This document shows, one piece after another, positions 10,681 through 24,059 of a stretch of DNA of 64,000 bases. Every line of letters begins with the position of its first letter. Position 1 is the stretch's first letter. The translations under genes were made by a program, and so were the position numbers. The stretch is from Stegostoma tigrinum (taxonomy: Eukaryota): assembly GCF_030684315.1 (NCBI RefSeq), contig NC_081396.1:558001-622000 (forward strand), in the 5' to 3' direction. Under the pieces are notes generated by a model. The model saw only the letters and a program-made list of their open reading frames with translations, was not told the origin of the DNA and made no database searches.

Positions 10681-12978
10681 GTTTTAGGTCTGATCCTGTA
10701 GCAGTAAACAGCGTGAGTAAATCGCTCTGTCTGTCTCTATTCCTGTCTTACGCTCTCTATGTATTTATAAACGTAAATACACAATAATGCATTAATTCAC
10801 AATAATATACATTTATCTATCAATACATAAATATGTAAAATGTGTGTCTGTACTTAAGAGTTAATTATTAAGTTGAACATTCACAGTTTCAGCTTCAAAC
10901 CTGAATGGTCAGTAGTTGCTTCTGATTATGCAGAGTTAAGCAGTGGATGGGATTGGGGCGATCATTCACATTTTACTGATCACCCCCTCCCACCAAACCC
11001 TCCAACCCCATCCCCATCCCCATCCCCAACACCGACCCAGTATAGGTCAGTGGGTTGCTCACAGAACCAGTCCACTGCTACATTTGAGATAAACAGCGGA
11101 AATGGTTTTTTTAGACTGAATCCTTAAAACGCAACAGGCAGCGTTACACACTCAAAAATAACCTCACTCCATCAACAATGATTGATGGAAACCGCACTTG
11201 AAGTGTTTCACTGACCATGTCAGCTCCATGTGAAGCAAACTGTTTCTGAGCTGAAAACATTGCCCAGCCTTGAATGTGCCCTTCCTGAGTTTTCCCTCGT
11301 GTTGTCTCCTTCACTGTCTCCCTCTCAAACCTCACTCAGTAAAGCTGTCGTGAAACCGGGTCCAGGGCTCACTAAGGCCACATACACCTTGACTTGATGG
11401 GATTGAAGGAATGTGGTGAAGTTGTTCAGTGAGCACTCTTTCCCAAGGGTTCATACATATTGGAAAGTCTCCCTGGCAGGGGAACACAGTGGTGGAAGGG
11501 TTCTGTTACTACTACACTCTCAAGCCAGAAATGTGGACTAAGAAATTCTGCCAGTTTGAAAAATTGAGATCAGTTTCATTATGTGAGCATTCAGATGTAA
11601 ACTGGTGACAACCAATACAGAAGTGTCTTTTCAGGAAGGAATCCTGTTGTCCTTTCCTGGTCTGTCAATTGGTTCGGAACAGGTTCTGATCGAGAGAATC
11701 AGCACTACAGGGGACAGAATGGATCCTGGCAGGAAGATCATCCAGGCACTATCTTTTTGTTGGAGATGTGAGCATTGATGAATGTTCAGGAGATTTCTTC
11801 AATTGTGTTTGATATCCAGAGAGTTTTCACCCACAGATTTTCTCAGGAGTTTAAAGAGAGTAAATAAACTTTTAGGGTAGTATAGTGTATCCATAATATG
11901 TGGAAGGAGATTAAATAGGTGGTAATCCCAGGACGACGTGGGTTGTAAATGGGCTGTGGAAGGTGATTAAATAGGTGGTAATCCCAGGACAGTGTGGATT
12001 GTAAATGGACTGCATATGATGCAGATTCATAGGTTAGCTGATGATTATGATTCAATTTTTCTCCATCACAAGGTCAATTCACTTTGTTGTTCGCCAGTTA
12101 ATCATCACCACATTCAATCGGAGACAAACTCCAGGTTTATCGATAAACTCAGGATCTTTGTTTAAAATCTTGACCAAGTTCCTCAAGTTAAGGGTAAAGA
12201 TTTTCTACTTCAGAGATAGTTTTATGCAGTTCCTGGACAAAGGACAGATTGTTCTCCCCTTGTACATGGAGACTCATTTTTGAATCTCTTTTTCCTTCAC
12301 ACTTTCAGTCTTGTTGGTCTTACCTTTTTTTTCAGTAACTACTAGAACTAATAATTAGTGTTATTCACTAAATTAGAATCATATTTCCATACGTGCTTAT
12401 TCTTTTTAGTAACACTGCTCTCTCTGGGAGGCCCCCTGTTCAGTTTCTGTGATGCCGCCAACTCTCACAGGAAACGTAAGGAGAAGGAAATAGACCTGAG
12501 GTTGTTGCTGAGTTTCACACATCTGACAGCCATGAATGAAAATATCAAACTGGTTTTTCATATCTCGACAGCTGCACACTGTGAGATGCTGTACAAATAC
12601 AGAGGAAACTCAGAACTGGAGTGGACCATTCAGACCCTCGATGCTGTTCCATCGGTCACAAGTGGATCACGGCTGAGGCGCACCTACCTAACTCAGTTGT
12701 ACATCCTTCAATAATGCCTTCAGAAAAATAATTTGTTTTGATTCATTTATTATTATGTGTATTTTGTGACAAAATAGAGTGAAAAGTGTTACATGGTGTC
12801 TCCACTCTCCGACGCCATCTTAAAACACAGAAAAATAAACCAAAACATAGAATAGAAAGGCAGAAAATGAAGAAATAAAGAAAAAGAGTTCAATTTTACA
12901 GTCCTCATTAAGTGCTCCATTTCATGTTCCACCGATGCTAGAATGAAAGTTGCCACTTTCTGATGCCATCGTATCTCA

Positions 12979-13300
12979 AGGGGAGGCGATGGCCTGGTGG
13001 TATTATTGATAATGTTCATGGGCACTGGGTTCAAATCCTGCCATGCAAGATGGTGGAATTTGAATTCAATAAATATCTGGAATTAAGAGCGTAATAATGA
13101 CCATGAATCTATTGTCAATTGTCAGAAAACCCCACCTGGTTCACTAAAGTCCTTTTCGGCATAAACTGCCATCCTTACGGGGTCCAGACTTTATGTGACT
13201 CCAGACCCACAGCAATGTGGTTAACTCTTAACCGCCCTCTGGGCAACTGGGATGAGCAATAAATGCTGCCTATTAGCGACTCCCTCATCCCAATAAAAGA
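12979..13300 (+). mobile_element. DeuSINE-type (SacSINE-like) element
   Basis: gggttcaaatcc head, aaaccc..ctggttcacta..gtcctt and gtgactccagacccacagcaatgtggtt..ctctta core; a similar copy lies at ~55320. Confidence 0.75.
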
Positions 13301-14389
13301 AAATCCTATGCTTACACCATGTTAAGTCCTCTATGGTCCTTGCCAATGCAGATGCCACCAAGACCAGTGGTTACTGCACTGGCCTAAACACGACACTGTT
13401 GTCGCCATGAGTCAGTTTTGGGCTCACCTGGCCAATTCAGCCAGTGCTTTTGTTATGTGTATTTTGTGGTTGACTCTTAAATGTCCTCTGGGCAATTAGG
13501 GATGGGCAATAAATGCTGGCCTAACCAGTGACACCTCATCCCATGAATACATATTTTAAAAGGTCTGCTGTTTTCATAATAAATCCTGTGCCTTTGCATC
13601 AAACCTTAATCATCCTCTGTCAGAATTACTGTATTCATGATGGAATGTTTGCTAATTTATAATTTAAGGGGACTCACTAGGGTTTGTGGCCTGTCTCTGT
13701 CTTGATGTAGAGGCAGATGCTCTGAATGTCCATGTCACAACTTGTCCTTCTTTCTCTATCACTTTATATGTCTACTCACTCTTTTTCAGTGATCTTGTTC
13801 TGTGCTTTCCTTCTCTCAGTATCTGAAACAGCACACACCCCATTGCTGTTGAAGTTGCATCTGCTTCACTATGATAGTGGGTTGTTCTGGGTTTTGACGC
13901 TGAAACAGTTCTTGAGCACCACCTTGTTGGTTCTGCCAGAGGTGAAATAATCCCTTGCTTAATTTGCAAGAGTGGATGAGATTTTGTTCTGGTTGTAAAC
14001 AGCCACACTGGCTTTGTTTCTTGATGTTGAATTATGTGGTTATGTTGATTTCCTTTTTTACTAATCCAGTGACTAGAAATGTAATTTTATCTCTGGAATT
14101 TGCAGTCTGATATGAACTTACAGATGAACATACAAATTAGGAGCAGGAGTAGTTCAGCAGCCCCTGAGGCCTCCTCCACCATTGAGTAAGTTTAACTGTC
14201 ACCTCAAATTCACAATCCCACCTCAGTCCACTAACATTTGACTCCCTCAGTTGTCAAGATCTATCTACCATCACCTTAAAACTGTTCAATTATCTTCTTG
14301 GCTTTCCTCTACTCTGCAAATCAGATGTGAGTCAGTGCAGTTTATAAGTGAACAACCCCAGTTTTGTGTCATATGCTCCATTTTTTTTT

Positions 14390-17300
14390 GCTGCAGCAGC
14401 AGGAGCAGTGAGAACGAGGACAATGGGCCTGCCTGGAGGCAAGTTAAAAACTTCTCATGCAATCAGCGGCCTCCATTTTTTCCAGCAGTAGCAGCACCAG
14501 AGTGAGAACCAGGGCCCTGGCCCAGGTGCACAGGTCAGGGATGTCTCAGATCGAATGCAGGACATTCTGAAGGGCAAGGGTGAACAGCCAGCTGTTGAGG
14601 TGCGTATCGGCAGCAATAAGATAGGTTAAAACTGGGATGAGGTCCTACAAGCAGAATTTAGGGAGTTAGGGGCCAAGTTAAAAAGTAAGACCTCAGAGGT
14701 AATAATCTCAAGATTGCTACCAGTGACACATACTAGTCAGAGTAGAAATGAAAGAATAGGCAGGATAAATGCGAGGCTTGAGAGATGGTACAGGGGGGAG
14801 AGGTTCAGATTTTTGGGGCATTGGGACCGGTTCTGGGGGAGGTGGGACTATTACAAATCAGACAGTCTATACCTGGGCAGGACTGGAGCCAATGTCTTAG
14901 GGGCTGCTTTTGCTAACGCCATTGGAGAGCGTTTAAACTAATGTGGCAGGGGGTTGGGAACCAAATGAGGAGATTAGTGGACAATAAGGATGTATTAACT
15001 AAAGCCTGTAAGGAACTAATAATGAAGTCTGTGTGACTAAGGGGAAGAGGAGGCAGAGAGCAGAAGATGAGTTCAAAGGGACAGGTGGTCTGAGGTGCAT
15101 TTGTTTTAATGCGAGAAGTGTAGTAGGTAAGGCTCATGAATTTAGGGCTTGGATTAGTACCTGGGAGTTATTGTTATTGTTATTGCTATTACTGAGACTT
15201 GGTTGAGGGAAGGGCAAGGTTGGCAACTAAATATTCCAGGATATAGATGCTTCTGGCGAGATAGAGAGGGAGGTAAAAGGCGTGGAGGAGTTGCATTACT
15301 GGTCAAAGATAGTACAGCTGTGCTCAAGGAGGGCACTATGGAGAACTCGAGCAGTGAGGCAATATGAACAGAGCTCAGTACTAGGAAGGGTGCAGTAGCA
15401 ACGTTGGGCTGTACTACAGGCTTCCCAACAGTGAGCGTGATAGAGGTACAAATATGTAGACAGATTATGGAAAGATGTAGGTGCAACAGGGTGGTGGTGA
15501 TGGGAGATTTTAATTTTCCCAGCATTGACTGGGATTCACTTAGTGCTAGGGGCTTAGATAGAGCAGAATTTGTGAGGAGCATCCAGGAGGGTTTTCTAGA
15601 GCAGTATGTAAATAGTCCAACTTGGGAAGGGGCCATACTGGACCTGGTGTTGGGGAATGAGCCCAGCCAAGTGGTTGAAGTTTCAGTAGGGGATTACTTT
15701 GGGAATAGTGATCACAATTCCTAAGTTTTAGAATACTGATGGATGAAGACGAGAGTAGTCCTAAAGGAAAACTGCTGAATTGGGGGAAGGCTAGGTATAG
15801 CAAAATTCGACAGGAGCTGGGGAATGTGGATTGGGAGCAGGTGTTTGAGAGTAAATCCACATTTGATATGTGAGATGCTTTTAAAGAGAGGTTGATTAGA
15901 GTGCAGGACAGACATGTCCCTGTGAAAATGAGGGGTAGAAAGGGCAAGATTAGGGAGCCATAGATGATAAGTGAAATTGTGAGACTATCAAAGAGGAAAA
16001 AGGAAGCATACACAAGGTCTAGGCGACTGAAAACAGACAAAGCTTTGGAGGAATATTGGAAAAGTAGGACACATCTGAAACAAGGAACTAAGAGGGTTAT
16101 AACGAGTCATGAGATATCTTTAGCAAACAGGGTTAAGGAAAATCCTAAAGTCTTTTATTCATACATAAGGAGCAAGAGGGTAACTAGAGAAAAGGTTGGC
16201 CCACTCAAGGACAAAGGAGAGAAGTTATGTGAGGAGTCAGAGAAAATGAATGAGATTCTTAATGAGTACTTTGCAGCGGTATTCACTGAGGAGAGGGACA
16301 TGACAAATGTTGAGGTTAGGGATAGATGTTTGATTACTCTCGGTCAAGTCAGCATAAGGGACCGGGGGGAAGTGTTGGGTATTCGAAAAGGCATTAGGGT
16401 GGACAAGTCCCCAGGTCCGGATGGGATCTATCCCAAGTTACTGAGGGAAGCAAGAGAGGAAATAGCTGGGGCCTTAACAGATATCTTTGCAGCATCTTTG
16501 AGCACGGGTGAGGTCCCGGAGGATTGGAGAATTGCTAATGTTGTCCCCTTGTTTAAGAAGGGTAACAAGGATAATCCAGAAAATATGGACCAGTGAGCCT
16601 GACGTCAGTTGTGGGGAAGCTGCTGGAGAAGATACTGAGGGATAGGATCTATTTACATTTGGAAGAAAATGGGCTTATTAGTGATAGGCAGCATAGTTTT
16701 GTGCAGGGAAGGTCATGTCTTACCAACTTGATAGAATTCTTTGAGGAAGTGACAAAGTTGATTGATGAGGGAAAGGCTGTAGATTTCAGGTACATGGAAT
16801 TCAGTAAGGTGTTTGATAAGGTTCCCCATGCTAGGCTGATGGAGAAAGTCGCATGGGGTCCAGGGTGTATGAGTTAGATGGATAGAGAACCGGCTGGGCT
16901 ATAGGAGACAATTGTAGTGGAAGGGAGTTTTTCAAAATGGAGAACTGTGACCAGTGGTGTTCCACAGGGATCCGTGTTGGGACTGTTGTTGTTTGTGATA
17001 TACATAAATGATCTGGAGGAAGGTATAAATGGTCTGATTAGGAAGTTTGCAGATGACACTAAGATTGGTGGTGTAGCAGATAGTGAAAGGAACTGTCGGA
17101 GAATGCAGCAGAATATGGGTAGATTGGAGAGTTGGGCAGATAAATGGCAGATGGAGTTCAATCCAGGCAAATGCGAGGTGATGCATTTTGGAAGATCCAA
17201 TTCAAGAGCGAACTGTACAGTAAATGGAAAAACCCTGGGAAGAATTGATGCACAGAGAAATCTGAGTGTTCTGGTCCAATGTACCCTGAGGGTGGCAACG

Positions 17301-17969
17301 GAGGTCGATAAAGTGGTCAAGAATGCATACGGCATGCTTTCATTCATTGGACAGGGTATTGAGTACAAGAGTTGGCAGGTCATGTTACAGTTGTATAGGA
17401 CTTTGGTTCAACCACATTTGGAATACTGCACATAGTTCTGGTCGCCACATTGCCAAAAGGATGTAGATTTGGAGAGGGTGCAGGGGAGGTTCACCAGGAT
17501 GTTGCCTGGTACAGAGGGTGCTAGCTATGAAGAGAAGTTGAGTAGATTAGGATTATTTACATTAGAAAGACAGTGGTTGAGGAGAACCCTGATTGAGGTC
17601 TCCAAAATCATGAGAGGTATAGACAGGGTGGGTAGCAAGAAGCTTTCTTCCCCCCCCAGATTGGGGGACTCAATTACTATCGGTCACGATTTCAAGGTGA
17701 GAGAGGAAAAGTTTAGGGGAGATATGTGTGGAAAGTTCTTTGCACAGAGGCTGGTGAGTGCCTGGAACATGTTGCCAACAGAGGTGGTAGAGGCAGGCAC
17801 GATAGCATCATTTAAGATGTATCTCTACAGGCACATGAATGGGCAGGGAGCAGAGGGATACAGAATCTTTGGAAAATAGATGACAAGTTTAGATAGAGGA
17901 CCTGGATCGGTGCAGGTTTGGAGGGCCGAAGGGCCTGTTCCTGTGCTATAATTTTCTTTATTCTTTGTA
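14390..17969 (+). mobile_element. Near full-length, inactivated CR1-type LINE (ORF1 esterase-like remnant, AP endonuclease, RT)
   Basis: ORF1 remnant (FRFLGHWDRFWGRWD), EN motifs VVVMGDFNFP and SDHN, RT motifs KSPGPDGI, GVPQGSVLG, FADDTK, and a 3' tail. Several stops and frameshifts. Confidence 0.95.
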
Positions 17970-18213
17970 AAAGCTTCTGTGAGATTTCTCTCATGATTTT
18001 GGAGGGTTGCACTCAGTTCCCTCATGAGACACCTGTGTAGTTATTTGAATGATGCCTGGAGAGAAGTTTCCCTGATTGTAGTTGAGAATCAGAAAGAACC
18101 AAAATTACTTCAACTGTATCGAACTTCAAACATAGAATTCAGCAAAGGAGGACCAAGAAATTGAGAAAGAGAAAACAAGATATGAGTATAAAAAAAAGCA
18201 AGGAACATGAACT

Positions 18214-18424
18214 CAGAGATAATGGGAACTGCAGATGCTGGAGAATTCCAAGATAATAAAATGTGAGGCTGGATGAACACAGCAGGCCAAGCAGCATCTC
18301 AGGAGCACAAAAGCTGACATTTCGGGCCTAGACCTGCGATACGGTCTAGGCCCGAAACGTCAGCTTTTGTGCTCCTGAGATGCTGCTTGGCCTGCTGTGT
18401 TCATCCAGCCTCACATTTTATTAT
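18214..18424. mobile_element. Penelope-like fold-back insertion (inverted terminal-repeat palindrome)
   Basis: 83-bp arms (18252-18334, 18343-18425), 8-nt loop, 15-bp TSD CAAGGAACATGAACT (18199-18213, 18425-18439). Confidence 0.92.
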
Positions 18425-19390
18425 CAAGGAACATGAACTGTAGGTTTGTAAAATGGAAAACATTAACAAAGACAAATGTATATCCATTTTAGGCAGAGGC
18501 AAGAGAATGTATAATAATAAATAAAGAAATAGCAGAGAAAATAAAAAAGGATTTTTACATCTGCCTTCACAGAGGAAAACCCAAGAAGTGTCCCTGAAAT
18601 GATTAAGTTCCAAGGGTCTAGTGGTAGCGAGGGACGGAAAAAGACTGGTAAGATCATAACTCCACAAGATGGAGGAGTAGAAATATGCCATTCAGCCTAT
18701 TGAGTCTGCTCTGCCATTCAGTGTAATCATGGATGATCTGATCATTCTCAACTCCACTTTCCTGCCTTTTCCCCATAACCCCAATTCCCATACTGTTTAA
18801 AAATCTATCAGTCCAGCCTTGAAAACACTTAATGACCCAGCCTCAACAGTCCTGTGTGGTAAAGAAATACTAGCCTCAGAGAAGAAATTCCTCTTCGTCT
18901 CCATCTTAAATGTGCAATCCTTTAATGAGTTGAGGATTAACAGAATAACCATGATCTCACCAAATGACACAGAACGCTTGATGGGCTAAGGGGTCTACTT
19001 CTACTCCTATGTCTTATCAAGATTACGTTCTCTGGCCCTAGACTTTCCCACAAAGGAAAACAATGTTCCATTTCTATCCCCTCAAGACCCCCAAGAATCC
19101 CATATGTTTTAATTCAGCTGCCCCTCATTCCTTTAAATTCTAATGTGTACAAGCCCAACATACTCAATCTCTCTTCATAAGACAGTCCCTCCCCATCCCT
19201 GAAGTCAGGCAGTGAGCATTCTCTGGGCTGCCTACATTTCCAGTATATCTTTCCTCAGACAAGGACCCAAAATTGATCACAGTATTCCAGCTGTGGTGTC
19301 TTGTATTGATTTAGAAAAACCACCCAAGAAGCAGGGAACTTGCTTCAGAATAAAATACAAGCTTTTTGAGACATAGATTAGGAGGAATTT

Positions 19391-19715
19391 AGGGCAACAT
19401 GGCAGCTCAGTGATTAGCACTGCTGTTTCACAGCATCAGGGCCCTGGGTTCGATTCCAGCCTTGGGTGACTTGTGAAGTTTGCATGTTCTCCCTGTGTCT
19501 GTGTGGGTTTCCATTGGGTGCTCCACTTTCTTCCCCAGTCCAAAGTTATGCAAATTAGGTGGATTAGCTATGCTAAATTAACCCCGTTTTGTCCAGGGAT
19601 GTGCAAGTAAGGTGGGGTACCCATAATTAAAATGGGTCATGGGTTGGAGTGGGATGCTCTTTGGAGGTTTGGTGCAGACACGATGGGCCAAATGACCTCT
19701 TTCTGTACTGTATGG
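19391..19715 (+). mobile_element. HE1-type SINE
   Basis: ggcagctcagtgattagcactgctg..gggttcgattcc head plus V-domain. Confidence 0.85.
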
Positions 19716-20704
19716 TTACTTTGTGTTGATCACTCAGGGATAAAATGTCCATCTCCAGAAAAGTTTTGCAACTGCCAAAGCCATTTATCCTTTTCCAGTT
19801 ATCATTCTCCTACTTCCAATTACATGATTTTGGCACCAGGTATCCCACGGTGAGCCTCCAGTGTTACTTTATGACTGCGATGAGGAAAGTGCACTGCCGT
19901 TCTCTTGTTCCACTTCTCCATGGTTCAGAACACAAATTTAATTGATTCATCCAGCTCCTAGTCTGACCACTTGTACACTTTTTATATATTAAACATAGAA
20001 TAAAAAGATCTATCCAATCACCAAGCATTCTTCAATAAACACAAAATTTGAGTGCTGTCGAAACAGACACTTTGTCAAAGCTTGTTGGTGAGCACTCATC
20101 AGAATAATTCGCAAGAGATACCAAAGTAAAAGGAAAGCAATATTGATATTGTATGAAAGGAGAATGCTGAGTTATTGGTAGAAGTGTCGTCTTGGAGACT
20201 ACAACATTTAAGGAGGACAGTTAAGTGCCAACCTTTGCTTAAAGTTTAAAACAAGAAGGTTAACTCTACCCCATAGGATATTCTAATTATTGATGTGCTG
20301 ATACAGAATATTTGCAGTCAGCTGAGTTAAAAGAAACATTAATCTTATTGAATCATCTTTGAAGTTAGAAAAGGACATTGGGAAAATTTTAAATTGATTA
20401 GTTCGATTGAGCTCACCTACTTAAGAGTCCCAAATAGACCCCTTCAAACAATGTCATTCAAATGCTTCAGGTTTGATGGAGATATACCATCAATGAAATC
20501 AAGGTTATTAGGTTACCGAATCATGTTCAATTTTATGAAGTCCTGAAAGATGGAACGGCTGATTCCTCGTCCATATACTATTCAGTGGCTCACATTCACA
20601 GCCAGGAATACTCACACACAGTCACGCACGTATTGAATCTTTCTCACACAATACTCTCTGTCACATATACTCACTCACTCATACGCATAGTTGCGAACTC
20701 TCAA

Positions 20705-20705
<1 letters not shown>

Positions 20706-20749
<44 letters not shown>
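20706..20749. repeat. (CA)n microsatellite
   Basis: About 22 perfect CA units. Confidence 0.98.
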
Positions 20750-20752
<3 letters not shown>

Positions 20753-21871
20753 TCTCTCACCTTCGTTCTTTACCCTAAGCTGGCTGCACTTTGTGATATT
20801 TTTAGTTGATATGTTTCTGTAGTATTTTTAAGAAAGGGTTCCATTACCTATCTCACAAATGATATGAAGCTTCTGGATCTGAAAGAAAGTGTGTAAAAAT
20901 ATGGATACGATCTATCCAGACAATCGCAAGTGTGTATTCTGTATTGCCCCTGGATTATTCCTTCCCTGGGTGTGCTCACTGTTCAACAGGTACAGAAGTG
21001 ATAACAATACACTACGACAGATATTATAAAGTCAGGGAAAAAGAATGTAGTGTCAGAAAACGAGCAAAAAGTTCATGTGATTTGTATTATCAAAACTGGA
21101 AACAGATTGAAACCTTCACGAATCTCTCAAGGAACTGCTCTGGCTCTCCAGAAGCACAATGATTGTTTATGATCAATGTTTGACAGATGTTCGAAACTCA
21201 GTGATAACATCAAGATTAGTTCCTTCTCCTTCCACTTCCTCTCAGAGATCACAGTCAGGTTTAATCTGAGCAGGGGGGCCTCCCAGAGGGACTTAGTTAC
21301 TAAACGGAATAAGTACTTTGATACTGATATGGAAATATAATTCTGATTCTATTCTTTGCTCCAACAGACAGGTATATATTTACTGAAAGGTGACAGACTG
21401 GCAAAACTGAAACAAATTGCAACATTCCTGTTTAAACCCCACATCAGAACTTAGTCCAACTTGCAATGAACATTCAGACTCTTGTGAAACATTCTCAAGG
21501 AAGGCTATGGATAGAAAATTGAATTATTGTACAGAAAATTTTGTCATCTGCAGTTAAAGCTCTTAGTTTATGAAAAGATGACTCTGGGGAGAATCTATTA
21601 TCACAGTTACAGCGTGTGACTGTACATGAGTGAGAGCGCTGTAGAAAGTAAAGTTATAATGTGGGGCCATACAAAGATTGATGGAACACTACAGAAACAT
21701 GGTTGCAGTAAGTAGCATTATACAGGATAACAAGCATACAGGGGGTTAAAAGCAGAATACCCCTGTAGGGAAAATTACTGAGAGTGTGCATACACAATAA
21801 TAGATGTCCAGAAGCACAAAATGGAAGGCACAGAGAATTACCTCTCCACACTTTGGGAATTTGCTGACATT

Positions 21872-22249
21872 TGTCTTCAACTGAAGAATGAGTTTACTGG
21901 TTAAGGGAAGGGAGACTGTGAGTCTGTGACTCTCAAGGAAGAGATAACTGAAGGCCAGGAATATTGAGGTGCATGGGACTCCCAAAGATATTGCGGGGCC
22001 CACACACAGTTTAGTGGGAACTGCGTGGTGATCGGAACTAGATGGACCTTTATTGACTACAAGTTCTTTCATTGGGTTTGTTAACGCAGGGCAATCAAGA
22101 AGCCCTGGCCAATCAACATAAACAGGGGATTTAGAATCTCCTCAGTTTGGGGAACTCACTCTGAGCTGGCTGGCCACAGCCAGAGTACTATGCATGACAA
22201 ATTAAGGGTGACTTGGTGACAGAAAACCAGCCTCTGTGCAGGAATTTCA
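21872..22249 (+). mobile_element. Possible decayed solo LTR
   Basis: TG..CA bounded ~380-bp segment with CCAAT and TATA-like motifs (ccaatcaacataaa) and a U5-like end (attaagggtgacttggtgac..cctctgtg..atttca). No clear TSD. Confidence 0.4.
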
Positions 22250-22547
22250 ACCTGAAAATAGTTTCAAGAGATAACTTAAAACCAGTTGGTACCAGTCACA
22301 GAAGATCCAGGACATGTGACTGGGGTAAAACTCAGATGTAATTCTTGAGGTGAAGGGTCAGGCCTTTCGATCAAGCAGGATATTGCATTCTAATTTGTGA
22401 CAACTAATTAGAAAGTCAGGCATTTAGATCGATATCTAGTGCTCTTAGGAAAATATGTTAGCTTTTTTATTATCTCAGGAAATGTATATTTAGCTTCAAA
22501 TAAGTTTATCCCGCTTAACTGTAGCAAAGCTGGATTTTATTTAAGGT

Positions 22548-23310
22548 GAGATAACACAGTGTGAAGCTGGATGAACACAGCAGGCCAAACAGCATCTGAG
22601 GAGCAGGAAAGTTTGACATTTTGGGTCGAGACCCTTCTTCAGAAATTGGGGAGGGGAAGAGGGTTCTGAAAATAAATAGGTAGACGGCGATGGTGGGGGG
22701 GGGAAGATGGATAGAAGATGGATAGAGAAGATAGGGTGAGAGGAGACAGACAGGTCAAAGAGGTGGGGTTAGAGCCAGTGAAGGTGAATGTAGGTAGGAG
22801 TTAGGGAGGGGATAGGTCAGTCCAGGGAGGATGGACAGGTCAAGGAGGCGGGATGAGATAGTAGGAATGGTTATGGAGGCAGGGACTAGCTGGGCTGGTT
22901 TTGGGATGTGGAGGGGAGATTTTGAAGCTTGTGAAGTCCACATTGTTATCCTTGGGCTGCAGGGCTCCCAAGCAAGATATGAGATGCTGTTCCTGCATCT
23001 TTCGGATGGTGTCATTGTGGCAATGCAGGAGGCCCAGGATGGACATGTCATCCGAGGATTGGCCGGTTGTGGGGGGGGGGTGGGGGAAGAGTTGAAATGG
23101 TTCGCGACTGGGAGGTGTAGTTGTTTGGTGCAAACAGTCAAGGCGGTTCAGACTCTGAACAGCCAGTTTTAAACATTGAGTTATCAGTCTGAACATGCAC
23201 CAAAACTACTGAAAGGTAACAAGCTGTGGAGCTGGAGGAACACAGCAGGCCAGGCAGCATCAGAGGAGCAGGAAAGATGATGTTTCAAGTCTGGACGCTT
23301 TTTCAGAAAA
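22548..23310 (-). mobile_element. Penelope-like 3' fragment (GIY-YIG C-terminus, 3' UTR, terminal repeat) plus an adjacent short terminal-repeat copy
   Basis: HLPVANHFNS..MSILGLLHC..EQHLI..LG.LQP on the minus strand; same terminal repeat as other copies. Confidence 0.88.
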
Positions 23311-23479
23311 ATCTACTGAAAGGTAGAGTGTCTGTCCAGAATGGGGTGCATAACTGTACTTTGTGTTTTAAAACCATGATTATTTGTAACTCAGTGGATA
23401 GTCTTCAAGCTGCTCCCTACAGGAAATGAATAAACGACTTATGAGTTGAGCTCAGACTGCTAAGTATTGACTCTTATTT

Positions 23480-24050
23480 AATACTGACCACCTGATTTTG
23501 CAGGACATGAACGTTCCTTACTCAAATCATAACAAATATCGTAAATAATTGTGTCCCCAGCACTGATCCACATGGCATGGGAATGCTTCTCCATTATCTA
23601 TCCTGCTCTTACCTCCTCACAGAGTTCGAATAAATGTGATAAGTTAATGATTTTCCATTTGTGAAACTATGCTGACTCTGCTTGATCATATTTCCGAATA
23701 CTCTGCTGTTACGTCCTTTATAATTGGCTCTAATATTTTCCCTGATTGGCCTATGGTTACCTGTTTGTTGCCTTCTTCCTTTGCTAGTAAAGATGTTACC
23801 ATGGCAGTTTTCCAATCCTGAGGGGTTTTTCCAAGAACTAGAGATTCTTGAAGGTTTACAACCAGTGCATCCACTATTTCTTTTGTTCTTTCTTTTGATG
23901 CTCTAACCCCATCAGTTTCCCAAGCACTTTTTCTTAGAGATACTTATTATAGTTATTCCCTCTATGCCTACATTGAAGATTGATATGAAGTATTTATTCA
24001 ACTGTTCTGCCATTTCTTAGTTCCCCATTCATATTCCCCAGCCTCATTAT
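23480..24050 (-). mobile_element. Decayed CR1-type LINE (RT part), continued at 26000-27420
   Basis: QESLVLGKTPQDWKTAMVT..GKILEPIIKD remnant. Confidence 0.75.
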
Positions 24051-24059
24051 GTGAGGGAC

